Source: Coxiellaceae bacterium
GTDB taxonomy: Bacteria; Pseudomonadota; Gammaproteobacteria; JAJRRL01
Length of the DNA stretch: 64,000 bases
Direction: 5' to 3'
Assembly (NCBI GenBank): GCA_047404195.1
Contig: JBDOIU010000005.1
Location: forward strand, 75,643 to 139,642
Part shown: piece after piece, positions 51,501 to 60,878 of the stretch
How the letters are laid out: each line of letters opens with the position of its first letter
How positions within the stretch are numbered: position 1 is the first letter of the stretch
Notes under the pieces: generated by a model
What the model was told of the DNA's origin: nothing
What the model saw: the letters and a program-made list of their open reading frames with translations, nothing else
Databases searched by the model: none
Position numbers and translations under genes: made by a program

Positions 51501-54233
51501 ATGATGCTTTTTCAGCTTCTGCAGGGTGTCTTCCGGTAGCTGCCGAGGTGCGGCTTGATCACCTTCTGCTGTATTGCTTTCAATCTCATCACTATAAGGA
51601 ATCACGAATTTGTTGAGTTTTTTTTCAAACACTGCACCAGATTTGGTGATGCCTTCTAGCTTAAAACCATCCTCTTTCACTTTTGCAAGTGCAGCTGGAG
51701 ATAATTTCAGCGATATTTCTGCCTCAGAAGAATTCTTTGCTACAATGTCAGCATGAGTGACCTCGTAGTCAGTATCTTGTGCATAATCTAGCAGGTTTAT
51801 AGCCTTTGCCGCTTGCTCGACAGTTACATCTGGACCAATCAGTCCGGTAAATTTTTGAACGCTGTTGCGCTTCATTTCAAGCAGACCATGCTCTGTAGCA
51901 AAACTGATCTTATCATCATTGAAACCTTTAATCTCAACGCCACGAACAGCCAATATTTTTATCTCCTGGCTTTGTAAAGAGATTGTGTATTCCGCGCCAC
52001 TGGAGGACTTTCTACTTAAAACGATCTGTACTGGTTCAGTTGCTTCAGGTTCAGCTGCATCAGACAATAAGAAATCATGCTTTATCGTGATCCCTTCTGC
52101 AGCGACTTCCGCGGCAGTTTGTAGCTGCTTTAATTTAGTTTCGTCTACCATATCACTGGGAACTGAAAAATCGAAACCGAGTGAATTCATAGTGCCAGGA
52201 TACATAGCGGCGTCACCCTCAAGAGATACATGATAAATCTTACCTTGATCGTCAATCAATACATTTTTCATCTCAATATCTGTCCGCTGCAGGGCCTCGA
52301 GGTTGGTTTTGATTGGGTCGATATCAAAGTCATCATTGGCTGAAAATAGCTGGTCAATAGCTTTGAATTGTTCTTTTGTGAGTTCTAACTTCTCAGGTTT
52401 TTTACCCTCGCGCGACACTTGGATAATAGCAGTGTCACCCGTGGTATTGATAGGTGAAAAACGACGCAACATTCGAGGGCTTGCTTCCAAGCCGTTTGTG
52501 AGTGTGAGTTTGACATTCTGACTGGCGTTTGTTGAAGCAAATAATTCGCTGAGATCGACTTGACTAATAGTACCGTCTTGACAAGAACTGAGTATATGCC
52601 TCATATCTTCTGACATCTGCTCGTTAAGTGTAATGTTCGTACTTTTTCCGTTAGAAAACGCACATGTTAGTGTGGTGCCTTGCAGGCTGACCGATTCCAA
52701 GCCATCACATTTTTGTCTTAGCAAGTCAGCCAACAATGCTGTGCCATAAAAATCTGTAAGATTGGTGGTAGTAATGCTTGCTTTAAAGTCTTCATTCTGT
52801 AGTGTATAGTTAATATTGCCAGCAGCATTCATAGCCCCTAGGAATTCTGCTCGATCTGTCACATGAAAAAGAGACATGATGTGACGTAGTACATCTACAT
52901 TTTGTGGTTTGACATCGTACTCTTGACCATCACTAAATCTACACTTAAGGTCACCGTTTTGTATTGGCTCGACTGTAACATCATCGCCTAAAATCGCTTT
53001 TAACTCCAGCCCTTCCGAGTATGTGATAGGCCATGGTGTGTTTGATTTTTCGGCAGCAATTCTTGCAGCCATATAGCCGCCACACGCAGCAGCTGGATCA
53101 CCACTGGCTCCAAGTTTGCCTATCCAGAACTCATTACCAAACATGGCCCCACCATCACCAGCGACTCCTTCAAAGTAAAGCTCACCTTCTTTTGGGTTTA
53201 AAATATCTAGAAGTGCATCTTTTTTATTTTCAGGTATGCTTGATAAATCGGACTTTTTATAGTAGTGTCCGATATTCTTGTTCTTTCTGCCCAGGCAATT
53301 AGCTGTTAGCCGGCCAATCTTTTTGTCTGCATCACTATCACATAAATCTTCAGGTGCACCCAATACGAAATTGTCACCATATGCTTCCCACGGAAATACT
53401 GTGGTGACGTTCTTTCTAATGAAGGTGCTCTCTTCGTAAATTTCTTGATAAATCTCAGCGAGAATTTGTGCGATTTCACTCTTCCATCGACTAGCCCAGT
53501 AGCCGTTTCCTCTACCGCATTCTCGAAAGTGTGCATGTCTGCCAGTAGAGTGTGCTTTCATCGCGATTGCCATTAAGGCAGCTTTGACAGACTTTTTGTA
53601 CGTCTCTTTATATTTTGCTCTGTCTAGGACGCCATCTTTAACGTATACCTCTCGCTGAGGAGCACCGTCCTCAAGTCGAATCCCAGCAAAGTCGACAAGG
53701 GTTTTTTCACGGCCATACATTTTATAACTAGGCGAATGCTTTCCCGCGTTATAACGGCCGGTATCATTAACAGCGATTGCTTTACGCATAAATAACAGGC
53801 ACTCCTGCGCAATAGCAATCTCTTCTCTAGATAGGTAGCCCACCTCTTGATAAGCTTTCGCCAGAGCACCATCATGATTCACACCAAGCACGCCACTTTG
53901 TGACTTCCCATTATTGTCAACAAAATTAACTACGTTAAGGTCGTTGTAGTAACAAGGTGCTACCTTGGTGTGTAAACGGTGTATGAGCTGCCCGGGTGAG
54001 ACGATGCCCTTAGCTTTATATTTCTCCTGATTATTTTTAAAGTATTGATTTAACTTAGCACTGTCAATCACAATAAGCTCGACAGCTTTTTCATCTCTCT
54101 GAATCTGAGCGATTTTGTCTTTCAGTGTTGCAGTTGCGGCTTGAGTGTGAGCTGGAAGCGGTAAACCACGATAGCGTTTTTTAAAGTCCTTTTCTTGTGC
54201 TTGTGAGTTTTGCAGGTAAATATTTATTGGCAT
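48573..54233 (-). CDS. Giant effector-like protein (~1886 aa): N-terminal MavL/DUF4804-like macrodomain, TM segment, C-terminal repeats, IQ motif
   Basis: Start moved to ATG 54233 (TAAGGA RBS; aligns with the paralog's PINIYLQN). Motifs GRGNGYWA and AGDGGAMFGNEFWIGKLGASGDPAAAC (53082-53168); TM FAYFALAILGVIPALVWW. Confidence 0.75.
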   Translation of the reverse strand: MPINIYLQNSQAQEKDFKKRYRGLPLPAHTQAATATLKDKIAQIQRDEKAVELIVIDSAKLNQYFKNNQEKYKAKGIVSPGQLIHRLHTKVAPCYYNDLNVVNFVDNNGKSQSGVLGVNHDGALAKAYQEVGYLSREEIAIAQECLLFMRKAIAVNDTGRYNAGKHSPSYKMYGREKTLVDFAGIRLEDGAPQREVYVKDGVLDRAKYKETYKKSVKAALMAIAMKAHSTGRHAHFRECGRGNGYWASRWKSEIAQILAEIYQEIYEESTFIRKNVTTVFPWEAYGDNFVLGAPEDLCDSDADKKIGRLTANCLGRKNKNIGHYYKKSDLSSIPENKKDALLDILNPKEGELYFEGVAGDGGAMFGNEFWIGKLGASGDPAAACGGYMAARIAAEKSNTPWPITYSEGLELKAILGDDVTVEPIQNGDLKCRFSDGQEYDVKPQNVDVLRHIMSLFHVTDRAEFLGAMNAAGNINYTLQNEDFKASITTTNLTDFYGTALLADLLRQKCDGLESVSLQGTTLTCAFSNGKSTNITLNEQMSEDMRHILSSCQDGTISQVDLSELFASTNASQNVKLTLTNGLEASPRMLRRFSPINTTGDTAIIQVSREGKKPEKLELTKEQFKAIDQLFSANDDFDIDPIKTNLEALQRTDIEMKNVLIDDQGKIYHVSLEGDAAMYPGTMNSLGFDFSVPSDMVDETKLKQLQTAAEVAAEGITIKHDFLLSDAAEPEATEPVQIVLSRKSSSGAEYTISLQSQEIKILAVRGVEIKGFNDDKISFATEHGLLEMKRNSVQKFTGLIGPDVTVEQAAKAINLLDYAQDTDYEVTHADIVAKNSSEAEISLKLSPAALAKVKEDGFKLEGITKSGAVFEKKLNKFVIPYSDEIESNTAEGDQAAPRQLPEDTLQKLKKHHEVFEALVWLDARTEAVENNPHVKHSVVLDGQEVLLHDENISYIHTALGRASSKQGREALFEEVKGKRVEAYTKRQKGLAKFAYFALAILGVIPALVWWATRKSRLKKIEEDALNTNGNQAKNPVDSYVRTRKREFLHSFTENFKRTQNFSDDAFRIRTNPHLKGYKTNPKLGLIHSRLKIYATQASDSKRKGTSFEAFKKVLANQAWSDRMPAFIACTDDKARKAIAYHFNLPIDVSDGELRACCAIESSTTHTPHFNGDSEVNFNKLRQKKELIDSGALNSQRQPVANNITLRCLNMTRPINNTQNAAAFLDRMLLLKQAYDGTGIDMPKILLPFSANYGHWKSFDKLADKYSSYKHSFGILKSGDALQADYFKAMKKLLATDKYASLKTIMVMVPVPTINAKRGALSADEQRTVLKHLQQAQKDYPTALIAVNLDKTNPQLTAKKSIGGSYSKAFKDYIKTIRDGVTACMEDSPAARQAMDQISAALTDKGLAGYTKKINYLESLCDDPNEDGDKPVCSTTDLCESLGIEMSLNINNQSLNREQILELYNRYQQKILEMEFIVETSTERVEDITKMLVNQGLEEYRKIHNVLLEIQSTVASMNVDGDVHNILGKCGITMPDAYINFRLIPKQVESLVAAYEEAMKPQLEKQAVAQEAAENHGTHVPGAKDTNGRGRSKSAPTPRVNDSVDGPKGRSASMDSARKNAAPDAIDIDFTAKQKAAAVKIQSFARRRSARTQQVAQAEAQASNKNTAAQPNAVDEATDAQVEEITTMLVDQGLNKYSKIKDALFTIKVTVDSQKGRGDVSNILKICDITMPDAYTNVRLTPEQVDSLHTAYEEAMKPRLQDRAANKIADQISLVGIDPNMSPFKLKGVLRKQVVEIEYTTSYGHLENITCERAKLTSEYDDNGQLTECGRDVLVMIVKRIQDKLAERKEQSAAANGNASSAGVFSDKGGNSGGVSSNTDPDRNKPNM
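48960..49787 (-). repeat. Two 237-bp (79-aa) internal repeats in the giant protein
   Basis: 49551-49787 and 48960-49196 both encode VE.IT.MLV.QGL..Y.KI...ITMPDAY.N.RL.P.QV.SL..AYEEAMKP.L. Confidence 0.9.
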
Positions 54234-54353
54234 ATTTCGTATCCTTATTTTGCTGGTTGTAGTCAAGTGGCGTATAGTACTAATATAACACATGGAGCCA
54301 AACTGATCAAGGCGTACGAAGCACACAATCTGCGCACTGAGTGTGCATTTATC

Positions 54354-54558
54354 TAACTCACTGATTCAGCACTCTTTTTTTCTTCAGCAGCAGTAACAAT
54401 CCAATGGCGCATACGCTGCAAATCCAGACAGGTTGCATAGCGGCTGTCTGTTTATTGCTCACACTAAGGTTGTGCAGTATCTCCGATATGCCAAGCTCTA
54501 CACTCGCAGCCACAATAATGCCCAGCATACTAACAAGAGAGATAGCAGAAGCAGCCAA
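54354..54558 (-). pseudogene. Duplicated 3' fragment of the MFS transporter gene
   Basis: 205-bp near-identical copy of 58582-58786 (offset 4228) encoding ...AASAISLV.MLGIIVAASVELG...LKKKRVLNQ*. It has no matching 5' part. Confidence 0.9.
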
Positions 54559-55810
54559 TCTTTTTGCTGCGCCTTTGGCTGCCCAAAACCTATCTCTTTT
54601 GTCTTGGAGAGGCGCTTAAGAATGCCAGGTTAATTGTGTAGTCAGGTCATCGCCCCTAAGCACAGCAATTATATGAAGGCAGTCTCTGTTTCATAATGAT
54701 TCTTGCAGAATCTATTATTATTGTCTTATGCTTCAAATAAGGCGCGTTTGGGCCCTCTACTGACTGTACCGCTCAAATCACTTCTAGGTTTGATCAAGGT
54801 GCTTTGTTCGATTTTATGCTCAATACGCCCATGATTAATATCAATATTTTTTTGCTCTATTTCTTTGGACACGGACTGTCACTAATGAAAGCATACTCGC
54901 TAGAGCAGTGATTATATAAGCTGAATCTATCGCAATCTCGGTATGTCAGCAATGTTCAGGCTGAAGTACACAACAATACACCAAGCACTAGCCATAACAC
55001 TGCTACCAGTCATATTTGCATTGCATGCTTGTGATAAGTCTCCTTGCAGTCATTAATATGCGTATATTTAATTCCTGTTCATTTTCATTGAGCATATTGT
55101 TATCGTAATCTGCTCTAAGAATCAATCCAAGGTGATCTTGGCCATCATTATGTAAAAGTAATTCATTAGTGTCTGCTATATCTTTGTGGCTGTGTTGGCA
55201 TGTTTGTTGTTATGACATGTCATCTTAATCTAAATTTTTAAATTCTATGCCGATATACGTACAACACACAAACTTAAAGCCTTCTTTTCATGGTGGGTAG
55301 AATCCTTTTTGAGGTCAACTCCACATAGGCCGAATCACACAAATCATCAAATGGTTACAGTAAAGCTATGTATCCACCAGCATAACATTATGCGCAGCCC
55401 AGGCACTTGCACATTTGTATGGCTGCTCGTCATAGATTCAGGTGTCGGTGAATATTTTCAGCCAATCGGTGCTGAAGGAATTTGTACTAGACAGCAAAAC
55501 AGGTGATATATCAGCACGTCTTTTGGTAGACTGATTATCTAGGTGAAAGCAGCAACAGCCTGTGTTGTGGCGCTGGTGTGATTTTGAATCACATAATTAG
55601 GGCAACTATTTTTTAGAAGTAGAACACTGGTTGCCATTGGCTAGAATGGTATCATTCTTGGTGAGTATACCAAAAATCGATAGGTTATCCCTCGATGCCA
55701 GTAATGCATATTTCTACATTCCAGTGGCTGCTCCAGCTTCGTGCTTAGGTACAGCTTAGGAGTGCAGATGCTTCCCTAAGCTTTAACAGCATAGGTTTAG
55801 ACATGCTTAA

Positions 55811-55832
55811 CCGCCAATGGAATCATTGGCGG
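55811..55832. terminator. GC-rich hairpin downstream of the 55898 gene
   Basis: CCGCCAATG-GAAT-CATTGGCGG perfect 9-bp stem with a weak U-tract. Confidence 0.45.
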
Positions 55833-55897
55833 ACAAAAATGAGCTCGCTTTGTCAGCGTTCACAGCAAATAAAGATGCAAGATCGTTGTCTAACCCA

Positions 55898-58471
55898 TCA
55901 ATTGGATTGACCAGGGCTGTGAATTTTAGGCTTTGGGTCTCTACCCGCCGATAGAAAATTGCAGAATCTCGCTAGTAAGCTATCAGTCTGACGCCCTTCA
56001 TTATCGGAATGTGCTTGCGCACCACTCGTCTCATCCTGACCCTTGAAGCGTTCTGCAAGGTCTCGCAAAACGCCTTCTTTATACTTGGCTATACGTGGTA
56101 AATCTTCATTTGTTGCAATGAGCGCATTGGAATCACTCTCGATTTTTGCAAGACGACTTTTCCTTGTGGCCCACCAGATTAATGCTGGTATCACACCAAG
56201 AATTGCGAAGGCAAAGTATGCAAACTTAGCCATACCTTTCTGGTGCTTTTTGTAGGCTTCTTGGCACTCTTGCTTAAGACCCCCATTACCCTTTTTATTG
56301 AGGAAATCAAAGAGAGTGCTGAGGTTTTCATCATTCAGAGGCACGGCCTGATCACCAAGAGTGATAGAATGATTCGGTTGCTTGTTATCTACTTCAGAGA
56401 ATGGTTCAACACCTAACCAATCCAGTACTTCAAGTACATTAGAATATTCATTTAGCCTCTCTTGGAGGTTTGTCGGAAGCCGTTTGGTAGGGGCTTGTTC
56501 AGCTTCTACTGTATTGACTTCTGAGTCTGACGCATAAGGTATTACGATGTTATATGATTGTTTTTCAAATGTCATACCATTATCGTCACCTGCGCGCAGT
56601 ATAAATCCTTGCCCATGCGCTTCTGTTAAGGTAGCAAAGTTGGTACTTATCGTATTAAAGCCCAACATTTTAGTCAATTCGGTATCTACAATAGCTACAG
56701 CATCTTTGCTGTATGTTCGAAATAAATGCTCGCATTGAATAGCCCCATCACCGCTTTCTTTTAACGTCGATAACAAATTAGCTGGGATCTGCTCGTTAAG
56801 TTCAATTTCTACATTACGTCGACTAGAAAACGCACATGTTAGTGTGGTGTCTTGCAGGCTGACCGAGCTCAAACCGTAACATTTTTTTCTTAGCAAGTCA
56901 GCCAATATTGCTGTGCCATAAAAATCTGTAAGATTGGTGGTAGTAATGCTTGCTTCAAAGTTTGTTTTTTTCAGTGTGTAGTTAATATTGTCTGCAGAAT
57001 TCATGGCCCGTAGAAATTCTTCTGGATTTTCCACATTAAAAAGAGACATGATATGACATAGCGCATCAGCATTTTGCGCCGTGACATCGTACTCTTGACC
57101 ACCACTAAATCCACACCTAAGATCACCGTTTTGTACTATATCGACTGTAACATCATCGCCTAAAATCGCATTTAACTCCAGCACTTCCGAGTATGTGATA
57201 GGCCATGGTGTGTTTGATTTTTCGGCAGCAATTCTTGCAGCCATATAGCCGCCACACGCAGCAGCTGGATCACCACTGGCTCCAAGGCTGCCTTTCCAAA
57301 ACTCATTACCAAACATGGCCCCACCATCACCAGCGACTCCTTCAAAGTAAAGCTCATTTTCTTGTGGGTTTAAAGTATCTAGAAGTGCTTGTTTATCGCT
57401 AAATGTGGGTGATATATCAACCTCTTTGTAATAGTGGCCACTACTCTTGTTCATGTTGCCCAGGCAATTAGCTGTTAGCCGGCCAATCTTTGTGTCTTCC
57501 TCGCTTTCACATAAAGCTGCAGGTGCACCCAATACGAAATTGTTGCCATATGCTTCATACGGAAATACTGTGGTAACATGCTGCCTAATGAAGGTGCTCT
57601 CTTCGTAAATTTCTTGATAAATTTCAGCAAGAATTTGTCCGATTTCACTCTTCCATCGACTAGCCCACCAGCCGTCACCTCTACCACACTCTCGAAAGTG
57701 TGCATGTTGACCAGTAGAGTGTGCTTTCATCGCGATTGCCATTAGGGCGGCTTTGACAGACTTTTTGTACGTCTCTTTATATTTTGCTCTGTTTAGGATG
57801 CCATTTGTAACGTATTCTTCTCGCTGAGGAGCGCCGTGCTCAAGTCGAATCCCAGCAAAGTCAACAAGGGTTTTTTCACGGCCATACATTTCATATTCAA
57901 GCGTATTTTTACCATAGTTATAACGGCCGGTATCATTAACAGCGATTGCTTTACGCATAAATACCAGGCACTCCTGCGCAATAGCAATCTCTTCTCTAGA
58001 TAGGTAGCCCGCCACTTGATAAGCTTTCGCCAGAGCACCATCATGATCCACACCAAGCACGCCACTTTGTGACTTCCCATTATTGTCAACAAAACTAACT
58101 ACGTTATTGGGATTATAGTAGCAAGGTGCTACCTTGGTGTGTAAACGGTGTATGAGCTGCCCGGGTGAGTCGATACCCATATCTTGATATTTCTGCTTAT
58201 TCTCTTCAAAGTATTGATTTAACTTAGCACTGTCAATCACAATAAGCTCGACAGCTTTTTCATCTTCCAGAATCTGAGCGATTTTGTCATTCAGGTTTGT
58301 GTCACGCTCTGCTTGCACATGAGCTGATAAGTTTAAATCGTCATAATCTTCTTTGTTCTCTGCACTTATGAGAGCTGCATTTTTTAATCTGTTATAGCGT
58401 TCTTTAAAGTCGCTTATTTGGGCTTCTGTATTTTGAAGGTAAATGTTGATTGGCTGAGTGTCTGAATGCAT
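55898..58471 (-). CDS. Effector-like protein (857 aa): MavL/DUF4804-like macrodomain plus C-terminal TM; paralog of 48573-54233
   Basis: Motifs GRGDGWWA and AGDGGAMFGNEFWKGSLGASGDPAAAC (57254-57340). Long near-identical stretches with the giant protein over the first ~560 aa. TM FAYFAFAILGVIPALIWW. GAGGA RBS. Confidence 0.78.
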   Translation of the reverse strand: MHSDTQPINIYLQNTEAQISDFKERYNRLKNAALISAENKEDYDDLNLSAHVQAERDTNLNDKIAQILEDEKAVELIVIDSAKLNQYFEENKQKYQDMGIDSPGQLIHRLHTKVAPCYYNPNNVVSFVDNNGKSQSGVLGVDHDGALAKAYQVAGYLSREEIAIAQECLVFMRKAIAVNDTGRYNYGKNTLEYEMYGREKTLVDFAGIRLEHGAPQREEYVTNGILNRAKYKETYKKSVKAALMAIAMKAHSTGQHAHFRECGRGDGWWASRWKSEIGQILAEIYQEIYEESTFIRQHVTTVFPYEAYGNNFVLGAPAALCESEEDTKIGRLTANCLGNMNKSSGHYYKEVDISPTFSDKQALLDTLNPQENELYFEGVAGDGGAMFGNEFWKGSLGASGDPAAACGGYMAARIAAEKSNTPWPITYSEVLELNAILGDDVTVDIVQNGDLRCGFSGGQEYDVTAQNADALCHIMSLFNVENPEEFLRAMNSADNINYTLKKTNFEASITTTNLTDFYGTAILADLLRKKCYGLSSVSLQDTTLTCAFSSRRNVEIELNEQIPANLLSTLKESGDGAIQCEHLFRTYSKDAVAIVDTELTKMLGFNTISTNFATLTEAHGQGFILRAGDDNGMTFEKQSYNIVIPYASDSEVNTVEAEQAPTKRLPTNLQERLNEYSNVLEVLDWLGVEPFSEVDNKQPNHSITLGDQAVPLNDENLSTLFDFLNKKGNGGLKQECQEAYKKHQKGMAKFAYFAFAILGVIPALIWWATRKSRLAKIESDSNALIATNEDLPRIAKYKEGVLRDLAERFKGQDETSGAQAHSDNEGRQTDSLLARFCNFLSAGRDPKPKIHSPGQSN

Positions 58472-58585
58472 GTCCGGTATCCTCGTCTAAGTGTTTATGG
58501 TTAAACAACCTTGTTAACAGGCAAAACAGAGCCAGTAAAGAATGTTTTGGAAATTTTTTGTTTAGTGGGTGCGCTCTTATGTAAC

Positions 58586-59791
58586 TCACTGATTCAACAC
58601 TCTTTTTTTCTTTAGCAGCAGTAACAATCCAATGGCGCATATGCTGCAAATCCAGACAGGCTGCATGGCGGCTGTCTGCTTATTGCTCACACTGAGGTTG
58701 TGCAGTATCTCCGATATGCCAAGCTCTACACTCGCAGCCACAATAATGCCCAGCATATTAACAAGTGAGATAGCAGAAGCAGCCAAGCCTTCAGCAACGC
58801 TTTGGCTTGCCCAAGCGTAGCCAAACAGCATGATTGCAGTAAAAAAGCCAACGGCAAAGCTCAAACTTTCAAGCACGCCGACGGAAAAAGAGCAACACAG
58901 TAATGCCAGCAAGCTAGCTGAAGCGGCCAGGTGGCAGGTCAACAGCACTGGCCATGCATGCTTGATTCTCGGTATGCAATAACCCCAGCAAGGCCCACCA
59001 AATAAAATACCCCAAAATATATATTTATTGACCGTCGCAGCTTCTAGCAAAGTGATATGATCATGGTGATGCAAAAATGGTACCGCCCAAACTTCTGCAT
59101 ACGCAATGATTGGCACCTGCATTAAACCCGCGTACAAACCAATGAGCCACAATGGTTTAATCGCCAATACTGGACGCATACGTTGGTATAATGGCATGAT
59201 GATGCCTGGCTTACAGGTTTTGCCCCTGTACCGATCAATGACCATCACTATCAATAGTACGCTGATCGCAGATAATACGATTGTCGCCCACAACATGGCT
59301 TGCCAACCCCAATGCGCACCGACCTCACTCAGTGGTGACATACCCAATAGCGCCCCAAGCAAACCAATAGAGCTGGTCGCACTGACGACGAGTGGAAATT
59401 GACGCTGCGAAAAACTGTCTCTAGCCACCTTTAAACATGACAGGAATGCCACAGATGAACCCAGCCCAATCAGTACCCGTCCGCACATGAGTGAAATCGT
59501 ATGGCTTGTTTCAATGAATATCAAAGTGCCAACAACCATCAGCGCAGCTGCCCACAGCAAAACCATTCGTGGTCCAAAACGATCAATCAAGCCACCAGCA
59601 GGCAACTGCGCAATGGCGTAAACATAATAATAAATGGAAAAAATAAAACCCAGATCAGCAGCTGATAAGCCATAGTGCTGGGCCATTGGTACCGCAAGTA
59701 ATGTTGGTATGACACGCTGTACCCACTCTACCAGATAGAAAAATACAGCCACAAGCCATGGAAGGTAGTTGGCAATGCTCTGACGACGCAT
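58586..59791 (-). CDS. MFS transporter (resembles Legionella/Coxiella Pht-type)
   Basis: About 12 TM segments, QLPAGGLIDRFGPR (MFS motif A), GRVLIGLGS and N-terminal W....FFY..E...RV.P. Start ATG 59791 is inferred. Confidence 0.88.
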   Translation of the reverse strand: MRRQSIANYLPWLVAVFFYLVEWVQRVIPTLLAVPMAQHYGLSAADLGFIFSIYYYVYAIAQLPAGGLIDRFGPRMVLLWAAALMVVGTLIFIETSHTISLMCGRVLIGLGSSVAFLSCLKVARDSFSQRQFPLVVSATSSIGLLGALLGMSPLSEVGAHWGWQAMLWATIVLSAISVLLIVMVIDRYRGKTCKPGIIMPLYQRMRPVLAIKPLWLIGLYAGLMQVPIIAYAEVWAVPFLHHHDHITLLEAATVNKYIFWGILFGGPCWGYCIPRIKHAWPVLLTCHLAASASLLALLCCSFSVGVLESLSFAVGFFTAIMLFGYAWASQSVAEGLAASAISLVNMLGIIVAASVELGISEILHNLSVSNKQTAAMQPVWICSICAIGLLLLLKKKRVLNQ

Positions 59792-60102
59792 GAAAAACCT
59801 ATCAAGTGGAAACAACGCATGCAATATAGCAAATACACGGACAATAAGCCAGACATGCACAGCGATGATAGCAATTGAGAGATGCGTTCAATGCTCACAG
59901 ACGTGATATATATTCTCAAAAGTGATGGTTAGTGAGACCTATTGCATCTAAAGTTGCAAGTATCATTACAGTGTCAATACCACCACCTCCAGATGCGAAA
60001 TCTGGCACCACTGATTGCGTACTCATTAAACTTTACCATTGAGGACGGCTCAAATGACGCATGACCAGAGCTCGCATCTTCGAGTAAGACGAACAGTGAA
60101 GC

Positions 60103-60498
60103 CTAGTGTGTATAGCAAGTCATGGACAGTGTGTGTGGTCCCGACATATAGCTGTATAACATAATCTCCTTGGCATGATCTCCCGCACTTAAATTGAGCT
60201 GACACTTGCCAAAATCCAAAGTTTTCTCATTAATTTTATCCAGCCGAGCATACTGAACATTAGGCGCCAACTCCAACCACTGACTTGTGGACTGTCTTCC
60301 ATCAAATTTCCATTCGCGGTGCTGCGCATCAGTCGCGATATCAAGGCGCGTATTTGCGAGGTATGCACTGATTTCATGGTTTTGTTTTATCAGTTGCGGC
60401 GACACATGTGACTCGTAACGGATATGGATCGCTTGTGCCAGTGCAATATTAGAGAGGCTTGCCAAACCAACCAACAAGGCTATTTTATTGAGTGTCAT
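60103..60498 (-). CDS. Secreted hypothetical protein
   Basis: AGGAG RBS, signal peptide MTLNKIALLVGLASLSNIALA and two Cys in the mature part. Confidence 0.7.
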   Translation of the reverse strand: MTLNKIALLVGLASLSNIALAQAIHIRYESHVSPQLIKQNHEISAYLANTRLDIATDAQHREWKFDGRQSTSQWLELAPNVQYARLDKINEKTLDFGKCQLNLSAGDHAKEIMLYSYMSGPHTLSMTCYTH

Positions 60499-60706
60499 TG
60501 ATGACTCCTAAAAAGTGAATGAGAATCCATCATAACGATAAAATTAAATCACCGCAATCATTTATTATTGTTTTAATTTAATTTTATTTCGCTTCCAGGC
60601 AAATTATGATGCATTATTGTGTATTATTAGATCGAATAGATGCACATGCACAATAAAGCCTATTATCGCTTGCGTTTACCACTGAATATGTTAGAGTTGA
60701 TCGTGT

Positions 60707-60793
60707 GCCGAGATGGCGGAACTGGTAGACGCGCCAGATTCAAAATCTGGTGGTGGCAACACCGTGTGGGTTCGAGTCCCACTCTCGGTACCA
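60707..60793 (+). tRNA. tRNA-Leu(CAA)
   Basis: GCCGAGATGGCGGAACTGGTAGACGCG, anticodon arm CCAGA-TTCAAAA-TCTGG, variable arm, GGTTCGAGTCCC and encoded CCA. Confidence 0.97.
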
Positions 60794-60878
60794 AACAACA
60801 TAGCATCTAGAATGCTTAAAAGATTAAAAATTGCCACCACACTGAAAAACCAGCTAAACCACAACAAAACCGGTTTAT

